Origin: Thermoanaerobaculia bacterium | Lineage (GTDB): Bacteria; Acidobacteriota; Thermoanaerobaculia; Multivoradales; UBA5704 | Assembly: GCA_044226625.1 (NCBI GenBank) | Contig: JBGAGQ010000006.1 | Span: forward strand, 64,001 to 128,000 | Direction of reading: 5' to 3' | Length of the DNA stretch: 64,000 nucleotides | Shown here: positions 1 through 14,653 of the stretch, piece by piece | Layout of the letters: each line of letters starts with the position of its first letter | Numbering within the stretch: the first letter of the stretch is position 1 | Notes under the pieces: model-generated | Seen by the model: only the letters and a program-made list of their open reading frames with translations | Told to the model about the DNA's origin: nothing | The model's database searches: none | Translations under genes and position numbers: made by a program

Positions 1-54
1 CGCGACCCTGAATCCCATGGCCTCGCGAGAATCCGTCAGCCCCGGGGCGCGTCG

Positions 55-519
55 CTAATGCGCGTTATTCCGGCGTTCCACCGCCTCCCGAAGGATCCGC
101 GCCCTGTCGGCGATCAACCGCTCGAGGTATCGGCGGAGGAACAGGGCGTCGAAGATTCGGCCCAGGACACCGCAGGGCGAGAAGAATTCGACCACGTCGC
201 GCATCGTCGTCCTGCCGCCGGATTCCTCGAAGTGGTGGTCGTGGACGAACGAAGCGAACGCCCCTTCGACCATCCGGTCCTGAAAATACCGGGGCGGATC
301 GAAGGCGGTGATTTTCGACGTGAGACGTTGAACGACGCCCAGGTGTCGAGCGCGCCAGGTGACCGTCTCGCCGGGGCCGATCAATCCGCTCGTCGTACCG
401 GCGATCGCCCGCTCGCCCGTATGGGCGAACGAGGCGACGTGCAGGTCGATGTCCCGCGCGGCGTCGAAACAGCGCGCGGCCGGGGCGGCGATCGTCGTCA
501 CGATCTCGAAGCGGGCCAT
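55..519 (-). CDS. SRPBCC (polyketide cyclase/START-like) family protein
   Basis: MARFEIVTTIAAP...DLH...GETVTWRARHLG...FQDRMVEGAFASFVHDHHF pattern; ATG at 519. Confidence 0.85.
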   Translation of the reverse strand: MARFEIVTTIAAPAARCFDAARDIDLHVASFAHTGERAIAGTTSGLIGPGETVTWRARHLGVVQRLTSKITAFDPPRYFQDRMVEGAFASFVHDHHFEESGGRTTMRDVVEFFSPCGVLGRIFDALFLRRYLERLIADRARILREAVERRNNAH

Positions 520-582
520 CTCGCCGAGAGTACAAGGAAACTCGCCGGGCGCTAGCCCGTGATCCACCTCCTCGCGCCCAGC

Positions 583-1431
583 CTACCCAGACTCCTCGCC
601 GCTCGATTCGGAGAGCTCGGCTTCGAGCTCGCCGCCTTCGGGATCCTGGTCGCCGGAGAGCATGTCGCGCATCTGGCCGGTGCCCCCCGGACGGGCCGGA
701 GGGAAAAGCGCCGTGGGTCCTGTGAACACATCCTGGAGAGTCTTCTGCTTCTTCTCCACCAGACGGAGACCCGCGCGCGCGAGCTTGGCGGAGCCCGGGT
801 TTCGTCTCTCCTCGGAGATCTGCGTGATGCCGGTGAACTTCGTCGCCGCGTTCAACTGTCGCTGGTCCACGATCTCCTGGAGCGGCGCGTTGGCGTCCGA
901 CATCCGCGCCAGCAACTCCCGGGCGACCTTGCTCTCGTCGGTGCCCGCCGGCACGAGCTTGCTGATCACGTCCTTGTAGGTGTCGGCCACCGGCTTGTCC
1001 GAGAAGTCGGTCTTCCGCGTCGAGATCCTCGGCCCCTCGCCCCGACCCGTGCTCACCGTCGAGGTGCCGAATCCGGTGTCGACCCGCAAGGTGGGCGTTA
1101 GGCCGTTTTGGAAATTCAGGCCGGTCTGGTTCAGGGCCGCGAACTTCTCGGACCGCTGCTTGCGCTTCTTGGTTTTCGCTCGCTGGTTCGAGCGCTTCAA
1201 CCGCTCGAGCAGCTTCTTCGCCTTCTCCTCGTCGTCGCTCTTCTGAATCGGAGCCGACTCGGACGGCGACGGAGGAGGGAGCGCCTCGAAACGATGGCCC
1301 AGGCGGCTCGCCCGTTCGAGCGAGATTTCCGAAGCGGTGACCGCCCCTTGGTGCCCCGCCGCGGCACGGGGACGCTCGCCGTCGGACGAGCTCGCTGCGG
1401 AGGGCGCTGGAGGACCTAGGGTCGTTCGCAC
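583..1431 (-). CDS. Hypothetical protein with N-terminal LERASRLGHRF...PIQ motif (possible effector)
   Basis: Open frame 583..1515; probable GTG start at 1431 after AGGAAG, which avoids overlap with the upstream gene; start uncertain. Confidence 0.6.
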   Translation of the reverse strand: MRTTLGPPAPSAASSSDGERPRAAAGHQGAVTASEISLERASRLGHRFEALPPPSPSESAPIQKSDDEEKAKKLLERLKRSNQRAKTKKRKQRSEKFAALNQTGLNFQNGLTPTLRVDTGFGTSTVSTGRGEGPRISTRKTDFSDKPVADTYKDVISKLVPAGTDESKVARELLARMSDANAPLQEIVDQRQLNAATKFTGITQISEERRNPGSAKLARAGLRLVEKKQKTLQDVFTGPTALFPPARPGGTGQMRDMLSGDQDPEGGELEAELSESSGEESG

Positions 1432-1468
1432 GCTCGGCTTCCTAGGTCTCCGCGGCGCCAGCGACGCT

Positions 1469-2539
1469 TCATTTCTTTTTTCCGCCGCTCCGGAGCGCCT
1501 CTTCTCGGCGCACACGCTCGACGTAGGCCCACTCGTCGGGCGTCAGCAGCGCATCCGCATAGCGAGCGTTCGGGCGGAAGCCGACTCCCTTGGCTTCCGG
1601 GTCGAAATCCGAAACCCCTTCCGGGCGATAGAACTGCTCGGCGAGTTTCCGATCCTCGAACGGCTTACCGTGAACCGCGAACGGTAGGTTGCGGCAAATC
1701 CGCAACGCTTCGAGGTCGAGCGCTTTCCAAGTCGGGTCGTCGGCTTCGAGATTCTCGAGCGGCGGGCAGTCGAAGCGACTCGGCCACGAGTGATTCAAGA
1801 GGATGAGCGTGAAGTCGCCTGTCGGACGCCAGTCCTTCATCTCGAACAGGAGGTCGGTCCGACCTCCCGCCGCCGTGGGCCGCTCGATGCTTTCGGCGAG
1901 GCGGAAGCTCGGCGGGTACTGGATCACGATCGGAGGCATCTCCAGATCGATCAGACGAAAACGCGCCCGGCCGATCGGTCCGTTCCAGAGCGCGCCGGTC
2001 GCGGTGACGTAGGTGAGGCTCTCGTAGCCCGCGCCCGGCGTCCGATCGTAGCGATAGCGGTGGACGATCTCGATCGTCTCGGAAGGCTCGAACGCGACGT
2101 CGAACAGATAGACCTTGCCGAGCCGCTTCGACCACGGCGGTTTGGAAACCTTTCCCTCGCGCATTGCGACCTGCATGCCCCGAACCTCCGTTCGCAGGCC
2201 GCGGAACTCGCCACAACGAGGGGTACCATCTCCCTCCCAGTCCTCGCCGCCGCAACGCGTCTCGGGGAAGCCCATGGTCAACCGCACCGGTTTCTTCGAC
2301 GGATTCTCGAACCGATATTTCGCCACCACGTCCCACTCGCCCCAGGCCCCCTCGTAGGTGAGCGGGCTCGCGGCGACGAAGGTGATCTCCTCCTCCGCCA
2401 TGCGAATCGTCGTCTCGGTAAGCGGGATCAAGTCGGAGCCGCTACCGCCGAATGTGCTGTCGTTCGCCCGCGCCACGGTCGGCAGGCCGAAGGCCACCAC
2501 GAGGAGTGCGGCGAGCCCAAAGTGTCGCTTTCTATTCAT
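1469..2539 (-). CDS. Secreted DUF4424-like protein with C-terminal YARHG domain
   Basis: Signal peptide, ANDSTFGGSGSDLIPL, YVTATGALWNGPIG; C-terminal LRICRNLPFAVHGKPFED (YARHG-like). Confidence 0.75.
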   Translation of the reverse strand: MNRKRHFGLAALLVVAFGLPTVARANDSTFGGSGSDLIPLTETTIRMAEEEITFVAASPLTYEGAWGEWDVVAKYRFENPSKKPVRLTMGFPETRCGGEDWEGDGTPRCGEFRGLRTEVRGMQVAMREGKVSKPPWSKRLGKVYLFDVAFEPSETIEIVHRYRYDRTPGAGYESLTYVTATGALWNGPIGRARFRLIDLEMPPIVIQYPPSFRLAESIERPTAAGGRTDLLFEMKDWRPTGDFTLILLNHSWPSRFDCPPLENLEADDPTWKALDLEALRICRNLPFAVHGKPFEDRKLAEQFYRPEGVSDFDPEAKGVGFRPNARYADALLTPDEWAYVERVRREEALRSGGKKK

Positions 2540-2583
2540 CGCACCGCTCCGGGATGTCTTCCTTCGACTCGGAGAGCCGGCCC

Positions 2584-6348
<3,765 letters not shown>

Positions 6349-6373
6349 GGTCGTGTTCTCCTCGTGTCCGCGA

Positions 6374-6985
6374 TCAATACAACCGTTTGCCTTCGATCTG
6401 GTCGACGTCTTGCGAAATCGAAACACCATCGCTCTGGTCCTCGGGCTTCAAGCAGCTCATCTCGTCGTTGAAGGCCCAGGCGCTGCAGACCTGCGCGGTG
6501 TAGACCGCCGTCACGTCGAGCTCGTAGACGCTCTGGATGACCATGAAACCGATCGTGATCGGATAGGGGAAAGGCACCGGCGAGCCGTAGATCAATTCGC
6601 CGATCCGGTTGCAGTCGTCCATCGTCGCCTCACCCGGAGCGAGCTGGATGAAGTCGAAGCCGCTCGCGTCGACGACCTTCGGCTCCCGGCCGACGGGCTT
6701 TTCGCCTCGCACCAGGATCAGGACCTTTTTGAAGACCTGATTGTTCGGATTGATGGGATCGATGATCTGATTCGGGTTGTAAATGTTGATGTCCGTCGCG
6801 TAGTTGCCCAGCTTGACCGTCGGCTCGCCTTCCCGATTACCGTCCAACGAACGGCCGACGTTCTCCGGATTGAAACCGCAGACGAACTTCACGGCGTAGC
6901 TGAACTGGGGTTTGGCGAGCGCCGGCGCCGCCATCAGCAGCGCGAGGGCGAGACCGAGAGGCAGGTAGGTCCAACGTTTCCGCAT
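6374..6985 (-). CDS. Secreted hypothetical protein, AVKFVCG family (paralog 1)
   Basis: Signal peptide MRKRW...ALA; RBS GAGGAG; shares EGEPTVKxGNYATDINI and ATMDDCNRI with paralog 2. Confidence 0.85.
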   Translation of the reverse strand: MRKRWTYLPLGLALALLMAAPALAKPQFSYAVKFVCGFNPENVGRSLDGNREGEPTVKLGNYATDINIYNPNQIIDPINPNNQVFKKVLILVRGEKPVGREPKVVDASGFDFIQLAPGEATMDDCNRIGELIYGSPVPFPYPITIGFMVIQSVYELDVTAVYTAQVCSAWAFNDEMSCLKPEDQSDGVSISQDVDQIEGKRLY

Positions 6986-7261
6986 GTCTTCTCCTCGGGC
7001 AAGAGGTCGGATTCGCGGAGCGGATGCCCCGCGCGGAGACGACAGATTCATCCCCATGCGGAAGCTCCGGGACGGAGCCCTTTTCCCGCGAATCGCAGCT
7101 TGCCTACAAGAAATAGATGTGCGGCACACCTTAGAATCGAGACATCGACAACACCGAAACTAAAGTTGTCGGTTGCGGAGAAAATCTTTTTGTAAACGGA
7201 GGGTTACAGCTCGCGGACAGAGGCGCCCTCCGTCCGCGATCGAGCCGCGGAGCGACCCGCC

Positions 7262-8149
7262 TTAACTACCGAGGCGTCCGCGCAGGAATTCGAGCGTTCG
7301 CGGCCAAGCGGCTTGCGCGGCTTTTGCGTTCGCTCCGTCGCGGTCTTCCTGAGCGCGCAGGAAGCCGTGGCCGGCCCCTTCGAAGACGTGCGGCTCGTAC
7401 GACTTGCCGAGCTTTTTCATCTCGGCCTCGGTGGCCGGAAGCGTCGCCGTAATCCGCGCGTCGTCGCCGCCGTAGAGACCGAGCACGGGGGCTTTGACCT
7501 TCGCCAGGTCGGCCGCATCCGGGGCGGTTCCGTAATAGACGACCGCGCCGTTCAACGTCGGCTCGGCCGCGGCATAGGCAAAGCTCTTACCGCCGCCCCA
7601 GCAGAATCCGATCGTGGCGATCTTGCCGTTGCCCGCGGGAATCTTCCGCGCGTAATCGCGGACCGCGTTCAGCCGGGCGATCGTCGTCTCCGGGCTCAGT
7701 CCACGGACCAGGGAGACCACGTCGTCGCGGCTCGCGGCCGCGGCGGTTCCGCCGCCGTTCGGCCCCATTCCCGAGACCAGATCGGGCGCGACCGCGATGA
7801 AGCCCTCCTTGGCCAGCTGGTCGGCGACCCCCCGCAGCCAATCGGAGAGCCCATAAATCTCGTGGATCAGGATCACCACGCCGGCTTTGTCCTTGCGCTC
7901 GGGATAGACCACCCAGGTCTTGAGCTTGCCGCCGTCCGGAAGGGTCAGGTCGACGTACTCGCCGTGGCGAGGAGACTTGTCCAGCTGGGCTTTGGCGGTC
8001 GCCTCGGACGGAGGAAGATTCGCGTCGTGGACGGCGGGGGCGGGAGCGGCGGGCGGAGCGATTGGAGCGGCGGGCGGAGCGACTGGGGCGGCGAAGGAAG
8101 CGGTCGCGAGGAGCAGGAGTCCGAGGGTCGGTCCGACGGGAGGTCTCAT
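7262..8149 (-). CDS. Dienelactone hydrolase family protein (secreted)
   Basis: HEIYGL, GFCWGG nucleophile, GAGHGF; signal peptide. Confidence 0.9.
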   Translation of the reverse strand: MRPPVGPTLGLLLLATASFAAPVAPPAAPIAPPAAPAPAVHDANLPPSEATAKAQLDKSPRHGEYVDLTLPDGGKLKTWVVYPERKDKAGVVILIHEIYGLSDWLRGVADQLAKEGFIAVAPDLVSGMGPNGGGTAAAASRDDVVSLVRGLSPETTIARLNAVRDYARKIPAGNGKIATIGFCWGGGKSFAYAAAEPTLNGAVVYYGTAPDAADLAKVKAPVLGLYGGDDARITATLPATEAEMKKLGKSYEPHVFEGAGHGFLRAQEDRDGANAKAAQAAWPRTLEFLRGRLGS

Positions 8150-8152
8150 GGT

Positions 8153-9547
8153 TCAGTCTCCTTCCACCCGCAAGGGGAAGAGCTCGGCCTGTCGCCGATC
8201 CTCCTCCGCCACGGGCACGCGGTAGTCGCCGGTCCAGCAGGCCGTGCAATAGCTGGACTTCGGGCCGGACACGCAGGTTTCCAGCCCTTCGAGCGACAAG
8301 TAGGCGAGGCTGTCGGCCTCGACGAAGCGGCGGATCCCTTCGATGTCCTGGTTCGCGGCGATCAGCTCGTTGCGAGTGGGCGTGTCGATCCCGTAATGGC
8401 AGGGCCAAGCGGTCGGCGGCGCCGAGATCCGCATGTGGATCTCGGCCGCGCCCGCGTCGCGCACCATGCGGACGATCTTTTGGGAGGTCGTGCCGCGGAT
8501 GATCGAGTCGTCGACCAGGACTACTTTCTTGCCCGCGATCAGCTCGCGTACCGGGTTCAGCTTCACCTTCACCCCGAAGTGCCGGATCGACTGTTTCGGC
8601 TGGATGAAGGTCCGGCCGACGTAGTGGTTGCGGATCAGGCCGAACTCGAGCGGCAGGCCGGACTCCCGGGCGTAGCCCATCGCGGCGAACAGGCCGGAGT
8701 CGAGCACGGGCACCACGCAATCGGCATCGGCCGGCGCTTCGCGCGCGAGGCGCGCGCCCATCGCGAGCCGGGCGCTCGAGACCGAATCGCCGAAGATCCG
8801 GCTGTCCGGACGGGCGAAATAGATGTGCTCGAACAGGCAGCGAGTCGGCTCCGGGGCGACGTTCAGCCGGTAGCTTTCGATCCGGCCCTCGTGGGCGACG
8901 ACCACCTCTCCCGGCTCGAGCTCGCGGATCGGCCGCGCCTCCAACAGGTCGAACGCGCAGCTCTCCGAGGCGAAACCGTGGACCCCGCCCGGCAGCTCGC
9001 CCAGGATCAGCGGCCGAAAGCCGTTCGGATCGCGCGCCGCCATCAAGCCCTGTTCGGTGATCAGCAGCAGCGAGTAGGCACCGCGGATCTCCTCGAGTGC
9101 GAGCAGGAAGCTCTCGGCGATCGAGCGGCGCGGATTGCGCGCCATGAGGTGCAGGATCACCTCGGTGTCGCTGGTGGTCTGGAAAATCGAGCCGTCCGCC
9201 TCCAGCCGGTTCCGGATCGCCATCGCGTTCGTCAGGTTGCCGTTGTGGACCAGCCCGAGCGCGCCCATCGAGGTCTTCACGACGATGGGTTGGGCGTTGC
9301 CGATCACGCTCGTCCCGGAGGTCGAATAGCGGGTGTGACCGAGCGCCGAGCGGCCCGGCAGACGCTTGAGGACGTGCTCCTTGAACAGCTCGGAGACGTG
9401 CCCCATGCCGCGTTCGTACCGCAGCTGGGAGCCGTCCCAGGTCGCCATCCCCGCGCTTTCCTGGCCGCGGTGCTGGAGCGCGTAGAGGCCGAGGTACGTG
9501 AGGTAGGAGGCCTCGTCCGTCCCCTCAATGCCGAAAATTCCGCACAT
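8153..9547 (-). CDS. purF: Amidophosphoribosyltransferase
   Basis: MCGIFG N-terminus, QHRGQES, HTRYST, VDDSIIRGTT. Confidence 0.97.
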   Translation of the reverse strand: MCGIFGIEGTDEASYLTYLGLYALQHRGQESAGMATWDGSQLRYERGMGHVSELFKEHVLKRLPGRSALGHTRYSTSGTSVIGNAQPIVVKTSMGALGLVHNGNLTNAMAIRNRLEADGSIFQTTSDTEVILHLMARNPRRSIAESFLLALEEIRGAYSLLLITEQGLMAARDPNGFRPLILGELPGGVHGFASESCAFDLLEARPIRELEPGEVVVAHEGRIESYRLNVAPEPTRCLFEHIYFARPDSRIFGDSVSSARLAMGARLAREAPADADCVVPVLDSGLFAAMGYARESGLPLEFGLIRNHYVGRTFIQPKQSIRHFGVKVKLNPVRELIAGKKVVLVDDSIIRGTTSQKIVRMVRDAGAAEIHMRISAPPTAWPCHYGIDTPTRNELIAANQDIEGIRRFVEADSLAYLSLEGLETCVSGPKSSYCTACWTGDYRVPVAEEDRRQAELFPLRVEGD

Positions 9548-9583
9548 GGGCGTTCGGATTCCCTTCTCTAAAGGCCCAACTCT

Positions 9584-11830
9584 TTAAAGACCCAACGCTT
9601 TGGGCAGCGCCCGCTCCCATACCCCCTGGAGCCGTGCGACCGGCGTCCGGAACGTCTCGCCGGAAACCTCGAAGGCGAGATCCTGGCCCCCCACCGTACC
9701 GACCTCGGCGGCCGGCACACCCCACCGTTCCGCCGCCCGGAGGACTTCGATCGAGTGGGCCGGAGGGCAGGCGACCAACGCGCGCGCCTGCGATTCAGAG
9801 AACAGCTCGAGGGGCGAGGAAACTTCCAGCCGGGCCCCGAGAGAGCGGCCGAAGCACGCCTCGGCGGCGGCGATGGCGAGCCCCCCTTCCGAAAGGTCGT
9901 GGGCGGTCGACAGGAGCCCCGCGCCGATCAGCTCGCGGAGCAGTTGGGCGAGGTTCCGTTCGGCATCCAGGTCCACTTCCGGCGGGCGCCCCTGTTCGAG
10001 GTCGTAGAGCAGGCGCAGCCAAGCCGAACCACCATGCTCCCCGCGATCGCGGCCGAGGAGCAGGATCCGATCGCCCTCTTGCTCGAAATGCGCTTCGGGA
10101 AGCGATCCGAGCACGGGGATCAACCCGACCATCGCAACCGCCGGCGTCGGGTAGATGGAGGTCAAACCCCGATCGGTCTGGGTCTCGTTGTACAAGGAGA
10201 CGTTGCCCGAGATGACCGGCACGTAGAGCGCGCGGCAGGCGGCGGCGAGGCCGGTCACCGCCTGATGGAGCTGCCAGGCGACGTTCGGGTTCTGGGGGTT
10301 GCCGAAGTTCAGGCAGTCGGTGAGCCCCACGGGCTCGGCTCCCACGCAGGCGAGGTTGCGCACCGCTTCGGCCACCGCTTGCCGGCCGCCGCGCTCGGGG
10401 TCGAGTTGGCAGTAGACCGGGTTGACGTCCGCGGTGAGGGCGAGCGCCGAGGGGGTCCCCTTGAGACGCATCACCGCGGCGTCTCCCCCGGGGCCGCGCA
10501 CCGTGTTGGTGCGGACCGTCGTGTCGTACTGGCGCCAGATCCAGCGCTTGCTGCCGAAATCGGGGGTGTCGAGCAGCCGTTCGAGCGCCTCGATCGGATG
10601 CCCGACGTCGGGCAGCGTCGGCATCTCCCAGCGTTCGGCGAGGTCGCTCGGCGGAGCGGTCGGCCGCCGGTACACCGGCGCCTGCTCGGTGAGCGGCTCG
10701 ATCGGGATGTCGGCGTAGGTCGCGCCGTCGTGGCAGAGGAGAGCTCGCCCGCCGTCGACGATCTCGCCGATCTCGACGACCTCGAGGCCCCAACGCCGGA
10801 AGACCCGCTCGACCTCCTCTTCGCGGCCGCGCTTGGCGAGGACCACCATCCGCTCCTGCGACTCCGAGAGCATCATCTCGTACGGGGAAAGGCTCGCTTC
10901 GCGAAGCGGCACCTTCTCCAGGTCGAGCCGCATGCCGGTGCCGCCGCGGCCGGCCATCTCGAACGTCGAGCTGGTCAGCCCGGCCGCCCCCATGTCCTGG
11001 ATCGCGACGATCGCGCCGGTTTTCATCGCTTCGAGGCACGCCTCGAGCAGCACCTTCTCGGTGAACGGATCGCCCACCTGGACCGTCGGCCGCTTGGCCT
11101 CCGATTCCGCGTCGAACGATTCCGACGCCATGGTCGCGCCGTGGATGCCGTCGCGCCCCGTGCGGCTGCCGACATAGAGGATCGGGTTGCCGGCGCCCGA
11201 GGCGCGCGCCTTGAAGATCTCGTCTTTTCGCGCCACCCCGAGCGCGAACGCGTTGACCAGGATGTTGCCGTTGTACGAGCGATGGAACGCCGTCTCCCCG
11301 CCGACCGTCGGCACACCGAAGCAGTTGCCGTAATCGCCGATGCCCCGGACCACGCCGTCGATCAGGTGCCGCATGCGCGGAGCGCCGATCTCCCCGAAGC
11401 GCAGGGCGTCCATGCAGGCGATCGGCCGCGCGCCCATGGTGAAGACGTCGCGCAGGATGCCCCCCACCCCGGTCGCCGCGCCCTGGTAGGGCTCGATGTA
11501 GCTCGGGTGGTTGTGGGACTCCATCTTGAACACGGCGACCCAGCCGTGGCCGACGTCCACGACGCCGGCGTTTTCTCCCGGCCCCTGAAGGACCCTAGGA
11601 CCGCTGGTCGGAAACTCGCGCAGGTAGACCTTCGACGACTTGTACGAGCAATGCTCGGACCAGAGCGCGGAAGTCACCCCCAGCTCGGTCCAGGACGGAT
11701 CGCGCCCGAGGATCGCGCGAAGCTGCTCGTATTCTTCCTCCGAGAGCCCTCGCTCGGCCGCGAGCTCGGCCGAGACCGCCGGCTCCGCGAAGCGCCGAGG
11801 CGAACCGTTCGATGCCGTGGAACCGCTCAC
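9584..11830 (-). CDS. purL: Phosphoribosylformylglycinamidine synthase subunit PurL
   Basis: [39 protein letters not shown]. Confidence 0.97.
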   Translation of the reverse strand: MSGSTASNGSPRRFAEPAVSAELAAERGLSEEEYEQLRAILGRDPSWTELGVTSALWSEHCSYKSSKVYLREFPTSGPRVLQGPGENAGVVDVGHGWVAVFKMESHNHPSYIEPYQGAATGVGGILRDVFTMGARPIACMDALRFGEIGAPRMRHLIDGVVRGIGDYGNCFGVPTVGGETAFHRSYNGNILVNAFALGVARKDEIFKARASGAGNPILYVGSRTGRDGIHGATMASESFDAESEAKRPTVQVGDPFTEKVLLEACLEAMKTGAIVAIQDMGAAGLTSSTFEMAGRGGTGMRLDLEKVPLREASLSPYEMMLSESQERMVVLAKRGREEEVERVFRRWGLEVVEIGEIVDGGRALLCHDGATYADIPIEPLTEQAPVYRRPTAPPSDLAERWEMPTLPDVGHPIEALERLLDTPDFGSKRWIWRQYDTTVRTNTVRGPGGDAAVMRLKGTPSALALTADVNPVYCQLDPERGGRQAVAEAVRNLACVGAEPVGLTDCLNFGNPQNPNVAWQLHQAVTGLAAACRALYVPVISGNVSLYNETQTDRGLTSIYPTPAVAMVGLIPVLGSLPEAHFEQEGDRILLLGRDRGEHGGSAWLRLLYDLEQGRPPEVDLDAERNLAQLLRELIGAGLLSTAHDLSEGGLAIAAAEACFGRSLGARLEVSSPLELFSESQARALVACPPAHSIEVLRAAERWGVPAAEVGTVGGQDLAFEVSGETFRTPVARLQGVWERALPKALGL

Positions 11831-12537
11831 GCGTGCACCTCGCGGAGCGCTTCGACCGTTCCGGCGAGCATCGCAAGGCCGTCGGTGTTGCCGAGCAGCG
11901 CCTCGACCGCACGCTCGGGATGGGGCATCAGGCCGAGCACGTTGCCTCGCTCGTTGGTGATTCCGGCGATCGCGCGCGCCGCCCCGTTCGGGTTCGTCTC
12001 TTCCTCGAACGGATGGAGCGAACCGTCGGGCCTGCAGTATCGGAACACCACCTGACGTCGCTCTTCGAGCCCATCCAGCCGCTCCGGCGCGTCCTCATAG
12101 TTGCCTTCCGCGTGAGCGATCGGCAGCCGCAAGACCTCTCCGACCCGAAGCCGCGAGGTAAACGGGAGGTCGGTGCGCTCGACGCGAAGATAGACGTCCT
12201 GGCAGAGGAAGCGAAGCCCCCGGTTGCGCCGCATCGCCCCGGGCAGCAGCCCCGCTTCGAGCAGCACCTGGAAGCCGTTGCAGATCCCGAGCACCAGGCC
12301 GCCCTCGCGCGCGTGACGGCGCACGGCGGCCATCACCGGCGACAGCGCGGCGAGGGCCCCGGCCCGCAGGTAGTCGCCGTAGGCGAATCCGCCCGGCAAA
12401 ACCACCAGATCGCACTGACGGATCGTCTCGTCGCCATGCCAGAGGAGCTCGGCCTCCGTGCCGAGGACCTCGGAAAACGCGTGGTGGACGTCGTGGTCGC
12501 AGTTCGACCCGGGGAAGACGACGACTCCTACCTTCAT
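11827..12537 (-). CDS. purQ: FGAM synthase glutaminase subunit PurQ
   Basis: [31 protein letters not shown]. Confidence 0.97.
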   Translation of the reverse strand: MKVGVVVFPGSNCDHDVHHAFSEVLGTEAELLWHGDETIRQCDLVVLPGGFAYGDYLRAGALAALSPVMAAVRRHAREGGLVLGICNGFQVLLEAGLLPGAMRRNRGLRFLCQDVYLRVERTDLPFTSRLRVGEVLRLPIAHAEGNYEDAPERLDGLEERRQVVFRYCRPDGSLHPFEEETNPNGAARAIAGITNERGNVLGLMPHPERAVEALLGNTDGLAMLAGTVEALREVHA

Positions 12538-12791
12538 CGTCCATCCTCACCGAGGATCTCGATCTCGTAATCCTCCACGACCGTGTTGGCCAGCAGGCGC
12601 TCGCACATGTCCTCCAACTGGCGTCGGGCGACGCTCACCTCGGCGGTGTCGAGCTCGATTTCGAAACTCTTGCCCGCCCGCACCGAGACAACGCCCTGAA
12701 ATCCGAGGCGCGACAGAGCGTCCCCGATCGCCTTGCCTTGCGGATCGAGGATTTCGCGCCGCGGATAGACGGTGACGCGTGCTTCGATCAT
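12534..12791 (-). CDS. purS: FGAM synthase subunit PurS
   Basis: ILDPQGKAI...VRAGK...LLANTVVEDY; ATG 12791. Confidence 0.93.
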   Translation of the reverse strand: MIEARVTVYPRREILDPQGKAIGDALSRLGFQGVVSVRAGKSFEIELDTAEVSVARRQLEDMCERLLANTVVEDYEIEILGEDGR

Positions 12792-13669
12792 CCGGCCTCC
12801 ATATGAGCCGCCAAGGAGCTCGACGCCGCGGCGGTCGCCCCGACCTCGATCCAAGGCGTCGGCCGGTCCTGTTCGCTCAAGCAGAGATCTACCCGGGCGC
12901 CCTCTCGTTCGAGGACCTCCCCGATTTCCGCCGCGGCCAGGGCCGGCAGGTTGTTGGTTCGCGACAAGTGATAGAGCACCAGCCAACGAAGGCGGTGGGA
13001 GAGCAGCTCCGGAATCCCGTCCGCAGCCTCCCGATTGGAAAGGTGCCCGTGACGGCCGGCGACGCGCTGTTTGAGCGCCCAGGGGTAGGGCCCGTTGCGC
13101 AGCATGTCGAGGTCGTGGTTGGTCTCCAGAATCAGGAGGTCGAGGTCCGACAGCCGTCCCCAGGCGAGGCGGCTCCGGCTGCCGATGTCGCCGCACAGCC
13201 CGAGCCGGCGGCCGCTCCGGTCCTCGATCACCAGGCCCACGGGCTCGCGCGCGTCATGCGGAATCGAGAACGGCTCGACCGAAAAACCGGCGATCTCGCG
13301 GACCTCGCCGGAGCGGAGGGTGACGGCGGCCTTCGCCTGCTCCGGGGCCAGCTCCGTCCCGGCGAACGTGCCGGCGGTGGCGCATACCGGGATGCGATGG
13401 CGCCTGGCGAAGCGGGCGGCCCCGCGGTTGTGGTCCTGGTGCTCGTGGGTGAGCACGAGCGCTTGGATCGTCGCCGGCTCGACCCCCACAGCGCGCATCC
13501 GTTTCTCGATCTCCCGGCAGGAGAACCCGGCGTCGATCAGGATCCGCCGTCCGCCGGACTCGACGACCACCGCATTGCCGGCGCTCCCCGAGCCGAGCAC
13601 GCAAGCGCGCAGCGGGGGCGTCGGAGGCAGGGCCTCGAATTGCCAGAGAATCGCCTGCTGCCAGGGCAT
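12788..13669 (-). CDS. MBL-fold metallo-hydrolase (YycJ/WalJ-like)
   Basis: LGSGSAGN, THEHQDH, ETNHD, GHLSN, HLSRTNN. Confidence 0.9.
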   Translation of the reverse strand: MPWQQAILWQFEALPPTPPLRACVLGSGSAGNAVVVESGGRRILIDAGFSCREIEKRMRAVGVEPATIQALVLTHEHQDHNRGAARFARRHRIPVCATAGTFAGTELAPEQAKAAVTLRSGEVREIAGFSVEPFSIPHDAREPVGLVIEDRSGRRLGLCGDIGSRSRLAWGRLSDLDLLILETNHDLDMLRNGPYPWALKQRVAGRHGHLSNREAADGIPELLSHRLRWLVLYHLSRTNNLPALAAAEIGEVLEREGARVDLCLSEQDRPTPWIEVGATAAASSSLAAHMEAG

Positions 13670-13867
13670 CGTAGAGGCGGCCGAGCCGAAAACGGGCGGG
13701 GCGCGAGGGGAACTTATCACCCCGGCTGCCCGGATGTCAGGCCCACCCAGCGCAAGATCTAGGGGTCGAGAAGGGACTGGCTACCACTGCAAGGGGCGCC
13801 TTCTCGAGTCGCGCATTCGAGGGCGGACCCGGCATCCGAGCGGGTCCGTCCACGGAAGTCGTCCGCT

Positions 13868-14533
13868 CTAGGCGGCTTCGTCGACGTAGATCTTCGACGC
13901 CGCGCGGTATCCCAGGGTGAGGGCGTCCCCTCCGACGAGCTGAAGGGTCACGGCGTCGGCCGCCTCGTCGCGCGCCTCGACGACCAGACGACTGCCAGGC
14001 TTGAGACCCCGACGCTCCAGGAGCTGGAGGAAGTCGCGGCTCTGGTCCGCGACCCGGGCGACTCGAAGCGAGGCACGAAGAGGACAGAGAAGGAGGCTCT
14101 GATGGTCGGGCTGGCGCACGACGCCGTGGACGTCGGGGATCGGGTCGCCGTGCGGATCGACCGACGGGAAGCCGAGCATCTCGTCCATCCGCTCGATCAG
14201 CCGGTCGGAGACCGCGTGCTCCAGGTTCTCGGCGTCGGCGTGGACCTCGCTCCAGTTCATCTTCATCACTTCGACCAGGAACAGCTCGATCAAACGATGG
14301 CGGCGCAGGACGTGGGTCGCGAGCTGCCGCCCGGGGGCGGTCAGGCGGACGCCGCTGTACGGCTCGTACTCGACCAACCCACCGTCCGCGAGCGTCTTCA
14401 TCATCGCGGTGACCGTCCCGGGCGAGACATCCAGGGCGGCCGCGACCTGGCCCATCGAAACTCGCGCGTCCGGCTGGCGCTCCTCGATCAGCAGGATGTG
14501 TTTGAGGTAGTCCTCGACGGTGCTGGTCGCCAT
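13868..14533 (-). CDS. mntR: DtxR/MntR family metal-dependent regulator with FeoA-like domain
   Basis: EDYLK, RRHRLIELFL, AENLEH, DPHGDPIP. Confidence 0.9.
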   Translation of the reverse strand: MATSTVEDYLKHILLIEERQPDARVSMGQVAAALDVSPGTVTAMMKTLADGGLVEYEPYSGVRLTAPGRQLATHVLRRHRLIELFLVEVMKMNWSEVHADAENLEHAVSDRLIERMDEMLGFPSVDPHGDPIPDVHGVVRQPDHQSLLLCPLRASLRVARVADQSRDFLQLLERRGLKPGSRLVVEARDEAADAVTLQLVGGDALTLGYRAASKIYVDEAA

Positions 14534-14653
14534 GGGAAGTCTCGAAGGGGCTGGGGTCTCATCGGAACGACACCGGATTTAGGATCGGATCGAACGGAGA
14601 GGACATCGGGATCGGCGGGGGTTCCGCCGCTCGATCCCGTGGGTAGGGGCGCA

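Noticed and set aside
8043-8086. 21-nt direct repeat in the dienelactone hydrolase gene
   Set aside because: Encodes a low-complexity APxAPPA linker.
14578-14594. DtxR/MntR box upstream of mntR (TTTAGGATCGGATCGAA)
   Set aside because: The palindrome is too degenerate to support.
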